Assembly: GCA_028716565.1 (NCBI GenBank)
Contig: JAQUPL010000001.1
Location: forward strand, 345,476-409,475
Source of the DNA: Candidatus Omnitrophota bacterium
Lineage (GTDB): Bacteria; Omnitrophota; Gorgyraeia; Pluralincolimonadales; Pluralincolimonadaceae
Reading direction: 5' to 3'
DNA: 64,000 nucleotides
Part shown: positions 59,415 through 64,000 of the stretch, piece after piece
How positions within the stretch are numbered: the first letter of the stretch is position 1
Layout: every line of letters starts with the position of its first letter
Notes under the pieces: model-generated
Database searches by the model: none
The model's input: only the letters and a program-made list of their open reading frames with translations
Told to the model about the DNA's origin: nothing
Made by a program: the position numbers and the translations under genes

Positions 59415-59989
59415 ATATTTCTCCTATCATTCTTTAATATGAATTCCGCGGCTTCCAAAAGGTCCCGTTTAATAAAGTCCGGCTTTGCCTCCCAGCCGTC
59501 ATCCTTCCTCGACCTTACCTTACCGGACAACACCAAAAGGGTCCTGCATCCTATCGCCTTCCCGGCCTGGACATCCCTGATATTGTCGCCTACAAAAAAA
59601 GTCTTCTTGAAATCTATCGGGCCCCTCTTCAGCGCCTTCTTAAAAAGGCCCGCCTTGGGTTTCCGGCAGCCGCAGTTATCCTCGGTCCGGTGCGGGCAGT
59701 AATAGGCCCCTGTTATTTTCCCACCGGCCTTTTCCGCTTCCCTCGCCATGTTAACAGTTATACGTTTAAGGTCCCGTATCGAGAAATACTTTTTTGCGAT
59801 CCCCGCCTGGTTGGAGATTATGTATATCGAATACCCGGCGTCCGTAAGCATCTTTATGGCGCGTTTCGCTCCCGGCAGGAACTTGAAATCCTTCCACTTG
59901 GTCACATATTGGAATTTCAGATGTTCTGGGTCCTTGTTTATGACCCCGTCCCTGTCGAGGAATATTACTTTATTTTGCTTTTTGGCCAC
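59411..59989 (-). CDS. gmhB: D-glycero-D-manno-heptose 1,7-bisphosphate phosphatase (HAD family)
   Basis: FLDRDGVIN (HAD motif I), Zn site CPH...CGCRKP, GDNIRD motif. 192 aa. Confidence 0.8.
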   Translation of the reverse strand: MAKKQNKVIFLDRDGVINKDPEHLKFQYVTKWKDFKFLPGAKRAIKMLTDAGYSIYIISNQAGIAKKYFSIRDLKRITVNMAREAEKAGGKITGAYYCPHRTEDNCGCRKPKAGLFKKALKRGPIDFKKTFFVGDNIRDVQAGKAIGCRTLLVLSGKVRSRKDDGWEAKPDFIKRDLLEAAEFILKNDRRNI

Positions 59990-60752
59990 GAGCCAGCTCC
60001 CTGTATTTGGCGTAACTTAACAACTGGTAAAGACCGCCGTTCACCGCCACCATCAGGCCGATGACGCCGTCGCGATACCCTTTGTTGCCGACATAACTCC
60101 TGAAGAACCTGTCCAGGGTGCGCCACAAAGCCGTCTGCAGAGGCATCTTCTTCCCCGTAGAAAACCACTTCTCCGCTTCTTTTGAAGTCTGGCCGTTCAG
60201 CGAATCGATAAGTTCCGCGAAATTCTCGTAGGAATAATGTATTATATCGCCGTTGAGCCGGCCGCACTTTCCGTCGTAGAAGACGCGCGGGTGCACGGCC
60301 GCCTCTTCGTATTTAAACCTTCCCTTCCTGAAGAACCTGTCCTTATGCGCCGGATACCAGCCGCCCCATTTCACCCAGTGATCGCCGATATAATTGCGCA
60401 TCGGCACGGCAAAAACAACATACTCGTTAAGCTTCTTATCCGCGTCCTCTTTGACTACGCGGGCGATCTCTTCCTTCAATTCGGGGCTTACGATCTCGTC
60501 GGCATCCAGGCTGAAGACCCATCCGTTCTTCGCCTGGGAGTAGGCATAATTCCTGTGGACGCCTTCTATGTCCATCTTCCTCTCAAATATCCTGTCCGTG
60601 TAGCGGCGGGCGATCTCGACTGTCCTGTCCGTGCTCATATCGTCCACGATCACGATATCGTCGGCCCATGCAACGCTCTCGAGGCAGGATGCGATCCTCT
60701 TCTCCTCATTCTTTACTATTACGACCACCGAAACCGGTATCTTCTGCTCCAT
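59970..60752 (-). CDS. family-2 glycosyltransferase (LPS core, WaaE/KdtX-like)
   Basis: VSVVVIVKNEEKRIASCLES...DDIVIVDDMSTD...DADE. GT2 DXD-type motifs. 260 aa. Confidence 0.7.
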   Translation of the reverse strand: MEQKIPVSVVVIVKNEEKRIASCLESVAWADDIVIVDDMSTDRTVEIARRYTDRIFERKMDIEGVHRNYAYSQAKNGWVFSLDADEIVSPELKEEIARVVKEDADKKLNEYVVFAVPMRNYIGDHWVKWGGWYPAHKDRFFRKGRFKYEEAAVHPRVFYDGKCGRLNGDIIHYSYENFAELIDSLNGQTSKEAEKWFSTGKKMPLQTALWRTLDRFFRSYVGNKGYRDGVIGLMVAVNGGLYQLLSYAKYRELARGQKAK

Positions 60753-60755
60753 AGT

Positions 60756-61790
60756 TTAAATTTCCCTTATCTCCGCGCCGCGGAAGAACCGGTAACCCGC
60801 GAGCGCGCCGCGCAGCACGGGGTCTCCGGTATATATCCTGTCGAACCTCTTTTTCCTTATAATGATATTCCAAAATGATTTCAACTTAAAGAAGTTTTTA
60901 GGGGAATCGTTCATAAGGTCAAGATGTTTTGGGAGGGAGCTGAGGTCGACGCCTTTTCCCGCGAAGAGCCAGACCCTGTTATGTCCGACTAGTTCCTCTC
61001 TTATCTCCTGCGCGGCCTTTTCCATGGAAACGGCTTCTCTCTCCGTCACGATAAAGGCGACGCGAAGTATCCTGCCCCATCGCTTCTCGAATATCCGCGC
61101 GCTCCTGTCGAACGTATCATCCTTGTCTTTTAGGAATTTCCCGGACTTGCCCTCCTCGTGGTACACGTAGCATCCGTTCGCCATTACGCATTTAAACCCC
61201 GCGGCCTGCGCCCTGCGGCTGTAATCCGTATCTTCGAAATAGGCGTAACCGAATTTGTCGTCGAGAAATCCGATCTTTTCTATCACTTCCCGCTTAATGA
61301 GCATGCAGAAGCCGACACAGGCGTTCATCTCGATCCATTCCCCGGAGTGTTCCACGAATCCCCTCGAAAATTCCTCCAGCGTGGTGTCTTTTCCGAAACG
61401 CAGCCCGAAGTTATTGGAAGAAGGGTTGACCATGCCTACCGACGGGTCGCTCCCGGCCACCCTTATCATCTCATCCAGCCAGCCTTCGGTCGCTATTATA
61501 TCATTGTTAAGCAGGCAAACGTACGGGGCGCGGGATCTCTCCATCCCCTTGTTCATGCCCCGCGGAAAACCTTCATTGAGGCGGTTAAAGATCACCTCCA
61601 CGCGGACGTTCGGCCCGTCCTTGATCTCTGACAGGAACTCGCGGATCCCTTTTTCTGTCGACCCGTTATCGACAACTATCAGGCGCGAAGCGACGCCGGT
61701 GCAGCGCATCAACGATTCCACGCACCGTTTCAGGATAGCGAGGTTGTTCCAGCTTAAAAGTACAAGGTCGCACCTTATTTCCATCCGCAC
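60756..61790 (-). CDS. family-2 glycosyltransferase
   Basis: LVLLSWNNLAILKRCVESL...LIVVDNGSTE...LLNNDII...YFEDTDYS. GT2 fold with a C-terminal extension. 344 aa. Confidence 0.7.
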   Translation of the reverse strand: MRMEIRCDLVLLSWNNLAILKRCVESLMRCTGVASRLIVVDNGSTEKGIREFLSEIKDGPNVRVEVIFNRLNEGFPRGMNKGMERSRAPYVCLLNNDIIATEGWLDEMIRVAGSDPSVGMVNPSSNNFGLRFGKDTTLEEFSRGFVEHSGEWIEMNACVGFCMLIKREVIEKIGFLDDKFGYAYFEDTDYSRRAQAAGFKCVMANGCYVYHEEGKSGKFLKDKDDTFDRSARIFEKRWGRILRVAFIVTEREAVSMEKAAQEIREELVGHNRVWLFAGKGVDLSSLPKHLDLMNDSPKNFFKLKSFWNIIIRKKRFDRIYTGDPVLRGALAGYRFFRGAEIREI

Positions 61791-62611
61791 GCCTCCAGCA
61801 TTTTCTTCAGGCTGGCTTCATAGGTATACTGGCCCACCGCAAGCGCCCGGCCCACCCCGGCGATCTTTGCCCTATCTTCGTCATGGGAAAGATAATATTC
61901 CGTCTTCCTCAATAATTCCCCGGCGCTGCCGTATGTCACGAGGTTCTTTCCGTCCTCGAATAGTTCGTTAAAGCCGCTGTCATCCCTCAACCTGTTCGTA
62001 ATGAGCAGCGCTCCGCACGAAAGCACTTCGAACATCCTCATGTTTATATCATCATTGATCGAATAATTGAACCCTATCTTCGCGCTGCTGTAGATGTTAG
62101 ACATGAAGCGCGAATCCGCCCTGCCGATATAACTCTCCGGGTATCCCCGCGCGAGGAGCTTAAGGAGCTCTCCTCTTAAACTCTTTTTGCCTTCCGTCCC
62201 GACAAAAGCGATGTCGAGGTTGCGGTCGATCTTCAGGTCTTTATGTATCTCCGGGTCGCAGGCGATGTGGACCCACTCGGCGTCGATACCGGCATCTCTT
62301 TTCAGTTTTTTCACCCCGGACTTTTGTGCGCAAAAAACAAAACCGTAATGGCCGGCCTGTTCTTTTATCTTCCTGTACGGCTTCTCGAGATGGGTGTCTA
62401 TTGCGTAAAAGGCGGAAGGCTTGAGGTGGCCCGGTATGTCGTATTTATAATCGCCATGGTCGATGCGCAGGTAAAGGTCGTATCCGGCCGGGATATTGCT
62501 GTTGCTCGTCCAGAAATGGTCGAATTCTATGCTCATTTTCGCCGCGGCGCGCTCAAAATAACGCCCTATCGTGTCTTCTCTCTCCTTGTTAAAGATCAGC
62601 GCGAGTTTCAT
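61775..62611 (-). CDS. glycosyltransferase, CgeB-like / GT1 C-terminal-domain type
   Basis: 278 aa. C-terminal region (FEVLSCGALLITNRL...LFEDGKNLVTYGSAGELLRKTEYYLSHDEDRAKIA) matches the Glyco_trans_1_2 / CgeB pattern. Confidence 0.5.
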   Translation of the reverse strand: MKLALIFNKEREDTIGRYFERAAAKMSIEFDHFWTSNSNIPAGYDLYLRIDHGDYKYDIPGHLKPSAFYAIDTHLEKPYRKIKEQAGHYGFVFCAQKSGVKKLKRDAGIDAEWVHIACDPEIHKDLKIDRNLDIAFVGTEGKKSLRGELLKLLARGYPESYIGRADSRFMSNIYSSAKIGFNYSINDDINMRMFEVLSCGALLITNRLRDDSGFNELFEDGKNLVTYGSAGELLRKTEYYLSHDEDRAKIAGVGRALAVGQYTYEASLKKMLEACGWK

Positions 62612-63693
62612 CTGGCCGCCAATGCCTCCGTTGCCGCCTTAAAAACGGCTTCGGCACTTATTCCCGAAATGCACTTCCTGTCGCCGCACTCTTTCATCCT
62701 GAAATCCCTGTAACAGGGGCGGCATGCGATATCCTCTTTGACGACTTTATGCCTCGCTGAGGGCGGGTACTGCCCGTACACATTCTCATCGACCGGCCCG
62801 AATATCCCCACCGTCCTCGCGCCGGCAGCCACGGCAAGATGCAAAGGACCTCCGTCATTGGCGATGACAAGGTCACACAAGGCCATCAGCGCCGCAGATT
62901 GCAGGAGCGTTGTCTTGCCGCAAGCCATCACAGCCGGATTCCTCATGGCTTTCGCCGTCTTTTCGCATATTCCGGCCTCGGCCTCGCTCCCCATTATGAT
63001 CACCTTCGCGCCCCGTTCTTCTATAAGGCGGTCCGCTACTCCGGCAAAACCCTCGCTTCGCCAATGTTTTATCGCCGCTTCCCTGCCCCAGCTCGCGCCT
63101 CCTGCCGGTGCGATACCGACAAGCAACTCTCTTTCTTTAATCCCGTTTGTTCTGAGGAAACCGCGCGCCCACTCTTTATCTCCCTGCGAAAGGTATAGGC
63201 TTATCCCTTTTTGCGCCGGCTCAACTCCCATAAACCGCAAAAGCCCCAGATAATATTCTATTACATGCTTATCGTGATAACCGTCTATAGTTATCTTCCT
63301 GGTCAGGCAGCTGCCCCTGTTCTTGTAATCGAATCCTATCCTTTCCTTTATACCCGAGAGAAAACATAGGAACCAATATTCCCTGCTCAGCGAAAGGTCT
63401 ATGGCCGCATCAAATTTTTTCTCCCTTATATCTTTCGCCAAGGCAAAGAATCTTTTGAAATATCCGGCCTTCGATCGCTTCCAGAGCGCCCTCAGTTCGT
63501 CTTTTTCGTAGACGAAGACCCATTTTATCTTCGGGTTAGCCCTCAGCAAGGGCTCTGTGCGGCGGTTACAGAGGAAGCCTATCCCGGAGCCTTCGGTCCG
63601 CGCGCTTAGCGCCTCAATGAGAGGCGTCGTAAAAAGCACGTCTCCTATGCCGAAAGGATTGATGATAAGTATATTTTTTAGGGCTTTTTGCAT
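62608..63693 (-). CDS. ADP-heptose:LPS heptosyltransferase (GT9)
   Basis: ILIINPFGIGDVLFTTPLIEAL N-terminus and a C-terminal ...NDGGPLHLAVAAGARTVGIFGP. GT9 family hallmarks. 361 aa. Confidence 0.8.
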   Translation of the reverse strand: MQKALKNILIINPFGIGDVLFTTPLIEALSARTEGSGIGFLCNRRTEPLLRANPKIKWVFVYEKDELRALWKRSKAGYFKRFFALAKDIREKKFDAAIDLSLSREYWFLCFLSGIKERIGFDYKNRGSCLTRKITIDGYHDKHVIEYYLGLLRFMGVEPAQKGISLYLSQGDKEWARGFLRTNGIKERELLVGIAPAGGASWGREAAIKHWRSEGFAGVADRLIEERGAKVIIMGSEAEAGICEKTAKAMRNPAVMACGKTTLLQSAALMALCDLVIANDGGPLHLAVAAGARTVGIFGPVDENVYGQYPPSARHKVVKEDIACRPCYRDFRMKECGDRKCISGISAEAVFKAATEALAAR

Positions 63694-64000
63694 AATTTCC
63701 CGCTCACCGCTTCAAATACGTTGTCAACCGTGATATCTGTGACCTTTCGTCTCCCGACGACGATATGCCCCGCTGCGGCGGGACTTTGCCCCTGGCCGTA
63801 AGGCCCCCACCTTTTTGATGACCCGCCCGAGCGCGCCTCTCCAAAAAGGGCGATCACCGGCGTTCCCATCGCAGAGGCAATATGCACCGGCCCCGAATCG
63901 CACGATATCAGGAGAGCCGACCTTTTTAAAAGGGCGCCGGATTCCTTGAGCGCCAGCTTTCCGGTAAGGTCGGTGACTTCATTACGCATCTTCGATTTTA
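63678..64000 (-). CDS. second GT9 heptosyltransferase, C-terminal part only; gene continues beyond the window end
   Basis: ...LISCDSGPVHIASAMGTPVIALFG... is the conserved GT9 C-terminal motif. The ORF is open at position 64000. Confidence 0.6.
   Translation of the reverse strand, partial: KSKMRNEVTDLTGKLALKESGALLKRSALLISCDSGPVHIASAMGTPVIALFGEARSGGSSKRWGPYGQGQSPAAAGHIVVGRRKVTDITVDNVFEAVSGKLCKKP

Overview
This 64-kb window looks like a single stretch from a Gram-negative-type, probably uncultivated bacterium (it has TonB/ExbBD, LPS-heptose enzymes and a PEP-CTERM protein). I call about 60 protein genes, and all but one are on the minus strand.

From lowest to highest coordinate the window holds:
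- a TPR/ExbB/ExbD/TonB-like operon that also contains cutA and two tiny genes;
- uvrA;
- an approximately 16-kb, 18-gene, translationally coupled biosynthetic run: argCJBDFGH, lysA, dapF, dapA, dapB, a dapL-type aminotransferase, folK, panC, panD, nadA, nadX;
- rplM and rpsI, with a clear extended -10 promoter and an intrinsic terminator;
- a second long operon: marC, glgC, nth, thiG, an ArgA-like GNAT, leuCDB, asd, truA and an NSS transporter;
- a two-gene module: a 1332-aa secreted subtilase (beta-helix, S8 domain, FG-GAP propeller, C-terminal type-I dockerin) followed by a small PEP-CTERM protein whose passenger domain looks cohesin-like;
- oppABCDF fused behind secG, tpiA, pgk, gap, two tandem GalT-like paralogs and an unplaced CBS protein;
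- fmt and def, one plus-strand TPR gene driven by a textbook sigma70 promoter, priA, a family-4 UDG and an LPS inner-core glycosyltransferase cluster.

I saw no rRNA, tRNA, CRISPR array or mobile element.

The leads most worth a second look are:
- the PEP-CTERM cohesin-like protein paired with the dockerin-bearing subtilase;
- a roughly 90-nt structured element with covarying hairpins, present in two copies, each just upstream of a small gene;
- a 33-bp tandem array that crosses a gene boundary and writes a peptide repeat into the UDG N-terminus;
- a small basic protein built from two 32-aa repeats.

All calls rest on reading the supplied ORF translations and the raw sequence. No searches were run.
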